DNA of 64,000 nucleotides from NCBI GenBank assembly GCA_030390025.1, contig CM059431.1:124188001-124252000 (forward strand), in the 5' to 3' direction. This stretch comes from Squalus acanthias. Taxonomy: Eukaryota. Both the position numbers and the translations under genes were made by a program. Below are positions 13,207 to 26,162 of the stretch, piece by piece (the first letter of the stretch is position 1; every line of letters starts with the position of its first letter). The notes under the pieces were generated by a model. That model was not told where the DNA came from. It made no database searches and saw nothing but the letters and a program-made list of their open reading frames with translations.

Positions 13207-16200
13207 GTGATTTCAAATAAAACTGTTGGACTATAACCTGGTGTTGTGCGACCTCTCAATTTTGTCCACCCCAGTCCAACACCGGCATCTCCGCATCATG
13301 GTCTGGATGATGCAGACACTCTCCCCATTACTGTATGGTGTGGATAGTGCAGAACCTCTCCATTACTGCATGGTCTGGAAGATGCAGACTCTCTCCTCTA
13401 TTACTGCATGGTCAGGATGGTGCAGACTCTCTCCATTACTGCATGGTCTGGAAGGTGCAGACACTCTCCCAATTACTGCGTCGTCAGGATGGTGAAGACA
13501 CACTCCATTTCTGCATGGTCTGGTTGTTGCAGACACTCTCTCCATTACTGCATGATCTGGATGGTGCAGACACTCTCTCCATTACTGCATGGTCTGGATG
13601 GTGCAGACACTCTCCATTACTGCATGGTCTGGATGGTTCAGACACACTCCCCATTACTGCATCGTCAGGATGGTGAAGACATACTCCATTACTGCATGTT
13701 TTGGATGTTGCAGACTCTCTCCATTACTGCATGGTCTGGATGTTGCAGACTCTCTCTCCATTACTGCATGGTCTGGATGGTGCAGACTCTCTCTCCATTT
13801 CTGCAATGTCTGGATGGTGCAGACATCTCCCCATTACTGCATGGTCTGGATGATGCAGACTCTCCCCATTACTGCATGGTCTGGTTGGTGCAGACTCTTT
13901 CCATTGATGCATGGTCTGGATGGTGCAGACACTCTCCCCATTACTGTATTGTCTGTTTGGTGCAGATCCTCTGCATTACTGCATGTTCTGGATGGTGCAG
14001 ACTCTCCCCATTACTGCATGGTCTGGATGGTGCAGACACTTCTACATTACTGCATGGTCTGGATGGAGCAGACTCTCTCTCCATTACTGCTTGATCTGGA
14101 TGGTGCAGTCATTTTCCATTACTGCATGGTCTGGATGGTGCAGATTCTCCCCATTACTGCATGGTCTGTATGGTGCAGATTCTCTCTCCATTACTGCATG
14201 GTCTGGATGGTGCAGACACTCTCTCCATTACTGCCTGGTGTGGATGGTGCAGACACTCTCTCCATTTATGCATGGCCTGGATGGTGCAGATTCTCACCAT
14301 TAGTGCATGGTCTGTATGGTGCAGATTCTCTCTCCATTACTGCATGGTCTGGATGGTGTAGCCTCTCCCCATTACTGCATGGATTGGATGGCGCAGACTC
14401 TCTCTCCATTCCTGCATGGTCTGGATGATGCAGGCACTCTCCCCATTACTGTATGGTGTGGATAGCGCAGAACCTCTCCATTACTGCATGGTCTGGAAGA
14501 TGCAGACTCTCTCCTCTATTACTGCATGGTCAGGATGGTGCAGACTCTCTCCATTACTGCATGGTTTGGATGGTGCAGACACTCTCTCCATTACTGCATG
14601 GTCTGGAAGGTGCAGACACTCTCCCAATTACTGCGTCGTCAGGATGGTGAAGACACACTCCATTACTGCATGGTCTGGTTGTTGCAGACTCTCTCCCCAT
14701 TACTGCATGATCTGGATGGTGCAGACACTCTCTCCATTACTGCATGGTCTGGATGGTGCAGACACTCTCCATTACTGCATGGTCTGGATGGTTCAGACAC
14801 ACTCCCCATTACTGCATCGTCAGGATCGTGAAGACATACTGCATTACTGCATGTTCTGGATGTTGCAGACTCTCTCCATTACTGCATGGTCTGGATGTTG
14901 CAGACTCTCTCTCCATTACTGCATGGTCTGGATGGTGCAGACTCTCTCTCCATTTCTGCAATGTCTGGATGGTGCAGACACTCTCCCCATTACTGCATGG
15001 TCTGGATGGTGCAGACTCTCCCCATTACTGCATGGTCTGGTTGGTGCAGACTCTTTCCATTGATGCATGGTCTGGATGGTGCAGACACTCTCCCCATTAC
15101 TGCATGGTCTGGATGGTGCAGATCCTCTGCATTACTGCATGTTTCGGATGGTGCAGACTCTCCCCATTACTGCATGGTCTGGATGGTGCAGACACTTCTA
15201 CATTACTGCATGGTCTGGATGGTGCAGACTCTCTCTCCATTACTGCTTGATCTGGATGGTGCAGTCATTTTCCATTACTGCATGGTCTGGATGGTGCAGA
15301 TTCTCCCCATTACTGCATGGTCTGTATGGTGCAGATTCTCTCTCCATTACTGCATGGTCTGGATGGTGCAGACACTCTCTCCATTACTGCCTGGTGTGGA
15401 TGGTGCAGACACTCTCTCCATTTATGCATGGCCTGGATGGTGCAGATTCTCCCCATTAGTGCATGGTCTGTATGGTGCAGATTCTCTCTCCATTACTGCA
15501 TGGTCTGGATGGTGTAACCTCTCCCCATTACTGCATGGATTGGATGGCGCAGACTCTCTCTCCATTCCTGCATGGTCTGGATGATGCAGACTCTCTCCCC
15601 ATTACTGTATGGTCTGGATGGCGCAGATCCTCTCCATTACTGCATGGTCTGGAAGATGCAGACTCTCTACTCTATTACTGCATGGTCAGGAAGGTGCAGA
15701 CTCTCTCCATTACTGTATGGTTTGGATGGTGCATACACTCTCTCCATCACTGCATGGTCTGGATGGTGCACACACTCTCCATTACTGCATGGTATGGATG
15801 GTGCAGACACTCGGCATTACTTCATGGTCTGGATGGTGCAGAAACTCTCTCCATCACTGCATGGTCTGGATGGTGCAGACACTCTCCATTACAGCATGGT
15901 ATGGATAGTGCAGACACTCTCCCAATTACTGCGTCGTCAGGATGGTGAAGACACACTCCATTACTGCATGGTCTGGATGGTACAGACTCTCCCCATTACT
16001 GCATGATCTGGATGGTGCAGACACTCTCTCCATTACTGCATGGTCTGGATGGTGCAGACACTCTCCCAATTACTGCGTCGTCAGGATGGTGAAGACACAC
16101 TCCATTACTGCATGGTCTGGATGGTGCAGGCACACTCCCCATTACTGCATGGTCTGGATGGTGCAGACACTCTCCATTACTGCATGGTCTGGATGGTGCA

Positions 16201-19200
16201 GACACATCTCCATTATTGCATGGTCTGGATGGTGCAGACTGTCCCCCCATTATTGCATGGTCTGGATGGTGCAGACTCTCTCCATTACTGCATGGTCTGG
16301 ATGGTGCAGACCCTCTCCATTACTGCATGGTCTGGATGGTGCAGACTCTTTCCATTACTGCATAGTCTGAATGGTGCAGACTCTCTCTATTACTGCATGG
16401 TCTGGATGGTGCAGACTCTCGCTCCATTACTGCATGGTCTGGATGTTGCAGACTCTCTCTCCATTACTGCATGGTCTGGATGGTGCAGGCACACTCCCCA
16501 TTACTGCGTCGTCAGGATGGTGCAGGCACTCTCCATTATTGCATGGTCTGGATGGTGCAGACTGTCCCCCCATTACTGGAAGGTCTGGATGGTGCAGACC
16601 TTCTCCCCATTACTGCATGGTCTGGATTGTGCAGACTCTCTCCATTACTGCATGGTCTGGATGGTGCAGACACTCTCCATTACTGTATGGTCTGGATGGT
16701 GCAAACTCTTTGCATTACTGCCTGGTCTGAATGGTGCAGACTCTCTCTATTACTGCATGGTCAGGATGATGCAAACACTTTCTCCATTACTGCATGGTCT
16801 GGATGGTCAGACTCTCTGCATTGCTGCATGGTCTGGATGGTGCAGACCCTCTCGATTACTGCATGGTCTGGATGATGCAGACACTCTCCCCATTACTGTA
16901 TGGTCTGGATGGCGCAGATCCTCTCCATTACTGCATGGTCTGGAAGATGCAGACTCTCTACTCTATTACTGCATGGTCAGGATGATGCAAACACTCTCTC
17001 AATTACTGCATGGTCTGGAAGGTGCAGACACTGTCCATCACTGCATGGTCTGGATGGTTCAGAGTCTCTCCATTACTGCATGGTTTGGATGATGCAAACA
17101 CTCTCTCCATTACTGCATGGTCTGGATGGTGCAGACTCTCTCCCCATTACTGCGTCGTCAGGATGGTGAAGACACACTCCATTACTGCATGATCTGGATG
17201 GTGCAGACTCTCTCCCCATTACTGCATGATCTGGATGGTGCAGACACTCCCATTACTGCATGGTCTGGATGGTGCAAACACTCTCCATTACTGCATGGTC
17301 CGGATTTTGCAGACAGTTTCCCCATTATTGCATGGTCTGGATGGTCAGACTCTCTCCATTGCTGCATGGTCTGGATGGTGCAGACTTTCCCCATTACTGC
17401 ATGGTCTGGATGGTGCAGACTCTTTCCATTGCTGCATGGTCTGTCTGGTGCAGACACTCTCTTGATTTATGCATGGTCTGGATGGTGCAGACACTCTCCA
17501 TTACTGCATGGTCTGGATGGTGCAGACACTCTCCATTACTGCATGGTCAGGATGGTGCAGACTCTCTCCATTACTGCACAGTCTGGAGGGTGCAGACACT
17601 CTCCATTACTGCATGGTCAGGATGGTGCAGACTCTCTCCATTACTGCATGGTTTGGATGAAGGAAACACTCTCTCCATCACTACATGGTCTGGAAGGTGC
17701 AGACACTTTCCATCACTACATGGTCTGGATGGTGCAGACTCTCTCTCCATTACTGCATGGTCTGGATGGTGCAGACACTCTCTCCATTACTGCATGGTCT
17801 GGATGGTGCAGACACTCTCTCCATTACTGCTTTGTCTGGATCGTGCACTCTCTCTCTCCATTACTGCAAGGTCTGGATGGAGCAGGCACTCTCTATTACA
17901 GCATGGTCTGGATGGTGCAGACACACTCCCCATTACTGTATCGTCAGGATGGTGAAGACACACTCCATTACTGCATGGTCTGGATGGTCAGACTCTCTCC
18001 ATTACTGCATGGTCTGGATGGTGCAGACATTCTCTCCATTACTGCATGGTCTGCATGGTACAGACACTTTCCCCATTATTGCATGTTCTGGATGGTGCAG
18101 ACTGTCCCACCATCACTGCATGGTCTGGATGGTGCAGACTCTCTCCATTACTGCATGGTCTGGATGGTGCAGACTCTCCCTCCATTCATGCATGGTCTGG
18201 ATGGTGCAGGCACTCTCCCCATTATTGCATGGTCTGGATGGTCCAAGCTCTCTCCATTACTGCATGGTCTGGATGGTGCAGACACTCTCCATTATTGCAT
18301 GGTCTGGATGGTGCAGACACTCTCCATTACTGCATGGTCTGGATGGTGCAGACACTCTCCATTACTGCCTGGTCTGGATGGTGCAGACTCTCTCTCCATT
18401 ACTGCATGGTCTAGATGGTAGAGACACTCTCCATTACTGCATGGTCTGTATGGTGCAGACAATCTCCATTACTGCATGGTGTGGATGGTGCAGACACTCT
18501 CCCCATTACTGTATGATCTGTATTGTGAGACATGCTCTACATTACTACATGATCTGGATGGTGTAAACACTCTCCCATTACTGCATGGTTTGGATGGTGC
18601 AGACTCTCTCCATTACTGCATAGTCTGGATGGTGCAGACTCTCTCCATTACTGCATGGTCTGGATCGTGCTGGCACTCTCTCCATTACTGCATGGTCTAG
18701 ATGGCATAGACTCTCCCCATTACTGCATGGTTTGGATGGTGCAGACTCTCTCCATTACTGCATAGTCTGGATGGTGCAGACTCTCTCCATTACTGCATGG
18801 TCTGGATCGTGCTGGCACTCTCTCCATTACTGCATGGTCTAGATGGTGTAGACTCTCCCCATTACTGCATGATTTGGATGGTGCAGACTCTCTCCCCATT
18901 ACTGCATTGTCAGGATGGTGCCGACTCTCTCTCCATTACAGCATGGTCTGGATCGTGCTGGCACTCTCCATTACTGCATGGTCTGGACGGTACAGACTAT
19001 CCCCCCATTACTGCATGGCCTGGATGGTGCAGACCTTTATCATTACTGCATGGTCTGGATGTTGCATACTCTCTCCCCATTACTGCATGGTCTGGATGGT
19101 GCATACTCTCTCCCCATTACTGCATGGTGTGGTTGGTGCAGACCCTCCACATTACTGCATGCTCTGAATGGTATTGATTCTTTCGCCATTTCTGCATGCC

Positions 19201-19224
19201 AACAAATTGATATCCACCACCAAT

Positions 19225-22200
19225 GCAGAAACTTCAGGGGGTCAGCAGGTGCGTTTAGTGGCGGGTCGGTTGGAAAATTGTTTTTATTTGGCAGTGGGTC
19301 AGGGCGCCACTTTCAACCTACCGCCAGGCGCCTTTCCCAGATGTCGGGTCTGTTGGTGCTGAACAGACCCGGCTCGCAGCGGTGGAGGAGGCAATTCAGG
19401 TCATTATGACCTTGTCAACAGCCCATTAAGAAGCATTTTCAGCTCAGCTTTACATTTTATGAGGTCGCCCAAGGGGTCCACGTTGCTCGGGGATCACGTC
19501 AGGTAAAAAGGTCGGGAGTTGTATGATCATGGAATCATCTCTTTACTTGCCAGCTGCAAATGTGCTATAAAAGCTCCCATCTCACAGATGTTCCCTTTCC
19601 AAGCTCAGAAGCTTACTGCATTTGGAAGACAGATAGAGCTTTATGCAGGTTGCAAGTGTTTGGAGTAAACACTCTATTCAGTGTCACCTCATTGGAACAA
19701 CATCTCTCACCATTGACAGATCACTTCTGTCATCTCAACTTCACCTGTCATCTGTTACATCAGCACTGGTGCCCTTGAAACTATCTCACCTTCGTTCTCA
19801 GAAACCCACCACAATCAGTCCCAACACCAACAGCACCAGGTACACCAGCAGCATCAACAACAACACAAACCTTCTCCGCAATCAACTGATGCTGCACAGG
19901 ACACAGGGCATCAGCACTCGACCACATTGGTGCCCGAGAGGCCAGGGATGGCCTCACCATGGTCAGATTTATTTCATTTGACGCTGTTCACCCTGGCTGA
20001 CACATGATGCACCAGGTTGGCACCACCCCACACCAACACCATAAAGCATCCCTACAATGCCCAAGCCATTCCTTTCACACTCATGACCATTGTAGGGTTA
20101 GCATTATGTCTCACCATTCACTGCAACTCACTAAGCCACTTCCAAAGGTGCACATACATCTGTCCAAGAGCACAACTTGTTGAAAATAAATGTTTCAATT
20201 TTTGACACCACATTAACAGAAATTTTACATGAACAATGTATAAAACACCCTGAAAGGATAATTACAAGTCCTAGCCCTTTCGGACTACCCCAGATCGGGC
20301 GTATTCCCCAGACGTTCACCTTCAACTAAAGTTAGCGGTAGCCGAATCCTAGAGACGCTTAATTGGGTCTAAAGGTTCAGACTATCTCTCCCTAAAGGAA
20401 AGGAATGGCCTGAAGATGTTACCATCCTCCGGATACCACTTTTAACAAGTTTAACTAGACTGTAACCTTCCGGATATTATGAGGGTCCGGAAAACCCCCA
20501 GAATTCTGCTACTCCTTACAAAAGAGTGTACAGAAATTGAGTTTGAGAGATTGATACAGAAATACTCTTTGAGACAATTTTAAAAATATATAGATTTATT
20601 GAAGAACTGATATTTAGTTAACAACTGTTATGGCAATCGCAACTTTAACTGTTCAAAATACAAATAGCTTACATTTCTTATCAGAGATCCTTATTCTCAA
20701 ATCTTAACTTTGTTACATTTCCACATTTCTACTTATTTCTTAATCCAGAATATCCACCAAAATCAAATACCTTGATTACCCGAGACTCAGAGTTGAAAAC
20801 TTCCAGAGCGTGCCTGTGAAGCTGCGAAAAGCTTGCCCTTCCAGTAACTTCTGACTCTCTATCTGAAAAGCTCTATTTTTATATCTTTTTTTAATGGTAT
20901 TTTCTTTGAAGTTTTCTTTTGATGTAAGCTAATTGTCTCTAGTGATACTCTATTGAATTCTTTTCTATTCTTACTGTCATTTCAGCTGCCAACTTTTAGA
21001 ATTCTGTCTCTACCTTTAGGTGTTTCAAAAACTTCTCATTTTTATGGTTACTGTTGATTTATCTATTTGATGCTATTCTTAGGAAGTCTTTCTATTGAAT
21101 TCTTAATATCACTTAACTGCTTGTAAGCCAGACGTCGTGACTCTGTGGTGTTCCAAGTTTAACACATAAACAATGTGATTGCTTGGTGTCATCTATTGTT
21201 ATTATATTTTCAAAGCCTCTCTGTAGGTATATTTTACAATATGTAAATCAAAACCACTTCTCTTAGGGTGTTTACTTGTTTTCTTGCTATCTCAATTGGT
21301 TGCATATTTAATCGTGTTTCCTGTCTTATTTGATGTTACTTTATGAAGGCATATGGTTGTTTAATGTTCTAAGTTTCTGTTTCCCTGAGTGTTAGCTTAT
21401 AACACTTTACTTGGGTCATTCCATTGTGTTTCTCCCAAACACCAGACCTTGTGGAAGCGCCTGTGGTTTGCTTCAATAGGAGCATTGTTTTTGTGTTTAC
21501 AACCATCTCCCATTTCAAAGCTTGTGGTGTTTTACAGCTTTTGTTAACACTTCACCTTATCTCAGAAGCCTGTATTCTGTTTGCAGCCTGTGTCGCCGAG
21601 GCTTTCCAGACTTTTAAACTCAGTATGTCATGTATTAATATTATCAAAATCTGTTCATAGGATGATGTATTTTTCTGAAATATGGCTATTCCATTACAAC
21701 CCAAGCGCCTACCCTAGTGTGTTGTTAGTTGCTATGATTGGACTAGGATGAGGGTGAGTGTGAGGGGTGGTTAGTGAGATGGGGAAGTGATAATGTAGAT
21801 CGAGAGCGACGGGTGGAGGTGCAAGGTATGTTGGTATGAGTAAGGATGTGCAGGAGTAAGTTAGGGAAGGCAAAGTGATGGGGATGGGATGAGTGGCACA
21901 GCAGGATGAGGTTGAGTGTGGCTTTGCAGTCGCATTTCATGATCTACTGAGATCATTGAAAGGCTTGCAGCACTGCAGCCTGGTCCTCCTGATGACATCC
22001 CTACTTGTGTCCTCCTGTGCAATGTAGAAACAGGCTGCGTTGGTCTCCTGGGGAGGTCTCTTCAACCCATTGGTAGGAAAGAGAGCCTCCCTGTGTGCTG
22101 TGACTCCCTCCATAAGCATATGGAGGGAGTCATGGGAGAGCCTGGGTTCAGCCCTGCACCTCTGAACAGAGCTTGTCTGTGTTTGCAGCACCTCAATGCT

Positions 22201-22453
22201 GCAGAACACTGACAGCACAAATGTCAAAATCAATTTGTGCATTGTCCCTTTAAAGAAACCGGCTGATGACGTGCCATCAAATGATGTCATCAGACCCGTT
22301 CCCTTCAATTGGCCACAAATGCGCTGGGTGGGCTTAACAAGCCCAATCAGGGGAAAATCATTTTGCACTGCGGACTGGAGTCAGCAGCGAGGCCGGCACC
22401 CGCCATTGACATCACCCGTCACGGACCCTCCGAGGTTGGGGAAATTACGGCCC
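19225..22453. mobile_element. Degenerate non-autonomous Harbinger-derived element, split by a solo LTR
   Basis: Minus-strand Myb/SANT remnant at ~21940-22150 (PRLSHDSL...LFP...QCCKPFNDL). Right end AAATTACGGCCC. Colinear with 56961-61905. Left boundary approximate. Confidence 0.7.
20251..21698 (-). mobile_element. Solo-LTR-like element, family B
   Basis: TG...CA termini with 4-bp TSD ACCC (20247-20250, 21699-21702). The empty site AAAACACCCAAG is seen in the related copy at ~61436. Termini homologous (inverted) to 49063-51208. Confidence 0.85.
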
Positions 22454-22899
22454 ACATCTTTCAATGATGCAGGACATGATCAGGTGCCACAACTCACTCA
22501 CAAACAGTCCAGTAGTCTGCATCATATATCGTAGGAGTAGACTGAAGTTTTTCCTAAACTGAGAAATCTCTTCAATTTTTTACACGAAGGAAAACACATC
22601 ACTGTTCCAAGCCCCCAGTATATTTTATTTCCAAACCCTGGGAATTCGACGATTGCTGTGAGAAGAATCTCAAATAAAGCCAGTCCATGAATTTACAGTA
22701 TGGAATAGTATCCTCATCTCAAAGGCGACTGCAATAAGTGTTGAAGAAAATAACACTTTACATAAGGCAGCATCTCGGTGCGCTCCAGAAATTTCAATTG
22801 AGGAAAGCACAGTTTTAAAATTTGCATTTTAGTAGCTAATTGTTTATATATTAACAAAATGCTAATTATATATATGTATATTCTTTGGTAACAAACACA

Positions 22900-25560
22900 A
22901 ACGGGAAGGAGTGGCCCTGGGAGTCCTCAACATCGACTCCGGACCACATGAAGTCTCATGGCTTCAGGTCAGGCATGGACAAGGAAACCTCCTGCTGATT
23001 ACCACCTAACGCCCTCCCTCAGCTGATGAATCAGTACTCCTCCATGTTGAACACCACTTGAAAGAAGCACTGAGAGTAGCAAGGGCACAGAATATACTCT
23101 GGGTGGGGGATTTCAATGTCAATCACCAAGAGTGGCTCGGTAGCACCACTACTGACCGAGCTGGCCAAGTCCTGAAGGACATAACTGCCAGTCTGGGCCT
23201 GCGGCAGGTGATGAGAGAACCAACACGAGGCAAAAACCTACTTGACCTCGTCCTCACCAATCTACCTGTCGCAGATGCATCTGTCCATGACAGTATTGGC
23301 AGCAGTGACCACCGCACAGTCATTGTGAAGACGAAGTCCCATCTTCACAGTGAGGACACCTTCCATCGTGTTGTGTGGCACTACCAGCATGCTAAATGGG
23401 ATAGATTCAGAACAGATCTAGCAGCTCAAAACTGGGCATCCATGAGGCGCTGTGGGCCATCAGCAGCAGCAGAATTGTATTCCACCACAATCTGTAACCT
23501 CAATGCCCGGCATATCCCTCACTCTACCATTACCACCAAGCCAGGGGACCAACCCTGGTTCAATAAGGAGTGTAGAAGAGCATGCCGGGAGCAGCACCAG
23601 GCGTACCTAAAAATGAGGTGCCAACCTGGGGAAGCTGCAAAACAGGACTACATACATGGTAAAAAGCGGAAGCAGCATGCTAAAGACAGGGCAAAGCAAT
23701 CCCACAATCAACAGACCAGATCAAAGCTCTGCAGTCCTGCCATATCCAGTCGTGAATGGTGGTGGACCATTAAACAAATAACAGGAGGAGGAGGCTCCAT
23801 GAATATCCCCATCCTCAATGATGGTGGAGCCCAGCATGTGAGTGCAAAAGACAAGGCTGAAGCATTTGCAACCATCTTCAGCCAGAAGTGCCGAGTGGAT
23901 GATCCATATCGACCTCCTCCTGAGGTCCCCACCATCACAGAAGCCAGTCTTCAGCCAATTCGATTCACTCCACGTGATATCAAGAAATGGCTGAGCGCAC
24001 TGGATACAGCAAAGGCTATGGGTCCTGACAACATCCCGGCTATCGTGCTGAAGACTTGTGCTCCAGAACTAGCCGTGCCTCTAGCCAAGCTGTACAGCTA
24101 CAACACTGGCATCTATCCGACAATGTGGGAAACTGCCCAGGTATGTCCTGTCCACAAAAAGCAGGACAAATCTTACCCAGCCAATTACCGCCCCATCAGT
24201 CTACTCTCAATCATCAGCAAAGTGATGGAAGGTGTCATCGACAGTGCTATCAAGCGGCACTTACTCACCAATAACCTGCTCACTGATGCCCAGTTTGGGT
24301 TCCGCCAAGACCACTTGGCTCCCGACCTCATTACATCCTTGGTCCAAACATGGGCAAAGGAGCTGAATTCCAGAGGTGAGGTGAGAGTGACTGCCCTTGA
24401 CATCAAGGCAGCATTTGACCGAGTGTGGCATCAAGGAGCCCTGGTAAAACTGAAGTCAATGGGAATCAGGAGAAAACGCTCCACTGGCTGGAGTCATACC
24501 TAGCACAAAGGAAGATGGTTGTGGTGATTGAAGGTCAATCATCACAGCCCCAGGACATCACTGCAGGAGTTCCTCAGGGCAGTGTCCTAGGCCCAACCAT
24601 CTTCAGCTACTTCATCAATGACCTTCCCTCCAACATAAGGTCAGAAATGGGGATGTTCGCTGATGACTGCATAGTGTTCAGCGCCATTCACATCTCCTCA
24701 GATAATGAAAGAATCCAGGCCTGCATGCAACAGGACCTGGACGACGTTCAGGCTTGGGCTGATAAGTGGCTGGTAACATTCGCGCCACACAAATGCCAGG
24801 CAATTACTATCTCCAACAAGCGAGAGTCTAACCACCTCCCCTTGACATTCAACGGCATTACCATCGCCGAATCCCCCACCATCAACATTCTGGGGGGTCA
24901 CCATTGACCAGAAACTTAACTGGACCAGCCACATAAATACTGTGTCAACAAGAGCAGGTCAGAGGCTAGGTATTCTGCGGCGAGTGTCTCACCACCTGAC
25001 TCCGCAAAGCCTTTCCACCATCTACAAGGCACAAGTAAGGAGTGTGATGGAATACTCTGCACTTGCCTGGATGAGTGCAGCTGCAACAACACTCAAGAAG
25101 CTCGACACCATCCAGGACAAAACAGCCCGTTTGACTGGCACCCCATCCACCACCTTACACATACACTGCCTCCACCACCGGCGTACCGTGGCTGCAGTGT
25201 GTACCATCTACAAAATGCACCGCTGCAACTCGCCAAGGCTTCTTCGGCAGCACCTCCCAAACCCGCCACCTTTTCCACCTAGAAGGACAAGGGCAGCAGG
25301 CGCACGGGAACACCATCACCTCCAAGTTCCCTTCCAAGTCACACACCATCCTGATTTAGAATTATATCGCCGATCCTTCATCGTCGCTGGGTCAAAATCC
25401 TGGAACTCCCTACCTTACAGCACTGTGGGAGTATCTTCACCACACTGACTGCAGCGGTTCAAGAAGGTGGCTCACCACCACCTTCTCAAGGGCAATGAGG
25501 GATGGGCAATAAATGCTGGCTTTGCCAGCGACGCCCACATCCCATAAGCGATTTTTTTTA
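22900..25560 (+). mobile_element. 5'-truncated APE-RT non-LTR retrotransposon (CR1/L2/jockey-like group), frameshifted
   Basis: ORFs 23058-24503, 24425-24907 and 24942-25448 carry APE motifs (VGDFN, LDLVLTN, SDH) and RT motifs (YRPISLL, QFGFR, DIKAAFD, GVPQGSVLGP, FADD). 3' UTR with AATAAA at ~25508. Confidence 0.93.
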
Positions 25561-26162
25561 AAACACACCTGTGACGCTCAGAAATCATCTGCTCATCTTA
25601 ATACTTCTCTGCTTCAAATTCAGGTACAACCAATAGTGAGCAGTTATTGATTGGAACTTACAAGCTCCAGTCCCTGCCCTGAAAATGATCTGATTGGTTC
25701 TGACATCCTCCAGTCCCAGCCTCCAATTGATCTGATTGGTTTATACTGATAGCCAATGAAAAAGCCGATTTTTCTCTTGCAATGCTAATAATCTGACATG
25801 TTTGTTGAAATGTTAAACATTCATTTAAAATACGAATAGTTGGCATGTATATTGCAGGGATCTGAAACATGATAATGCGACAGAAGATGTGAACTGTCAT
25901 CAGATTCACTGCCACTGTTAGGGTAACAGATTATTTAAATCAACGTGGAAGACCACCATTGCATACTTATCCGGGGAAGAGTATGGACAACATCTGTAAC
26001 AGTTAAAGCATTGTCCACAAATACTATACAAGGAGCAGAAGTGAGGAATCCTACTTGTCAACTCTTGCCCACTACCCTATCTATATGTTTAGGTTGGTAT
26101 ATCAAAGAACAGGTAGTTAATCTGGTACAATAAATTTGTGCTATCTATTACATAGACACAAA

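Larger units (their letters stand above)
12106..13297 (-). mobile_element. 5'-truncated Penelope-like retroelement with inverted pLTRs
   Basis: 12106-~12460 and ~12900-13255 are near-perfect inverted repeats flanking a GIY-YIG C-terminal coding fragment. Confidence 0.9.
1..19170. repeat. Tandem satellite array, ~35-37 bp unit, consensus CCATTACTGCATGGTCTGGATGGTGCAGAC(A/T)CTCT(CT); extends beyond window start
   Basis: Unit visibly reiterated hundreds of times; length varies mainly in the CT tract. Interrupted at ~1880-3521, ~7755-8040 and 12106-13297. Confidence 0.98.

Noticed and set aside
1..19170. CRISPR-like array (35-37 bp periodic repeats with a palindrome)
   Set aside because: There are no unique spacers or cas genes, and the context is vertebrate-type transposons.
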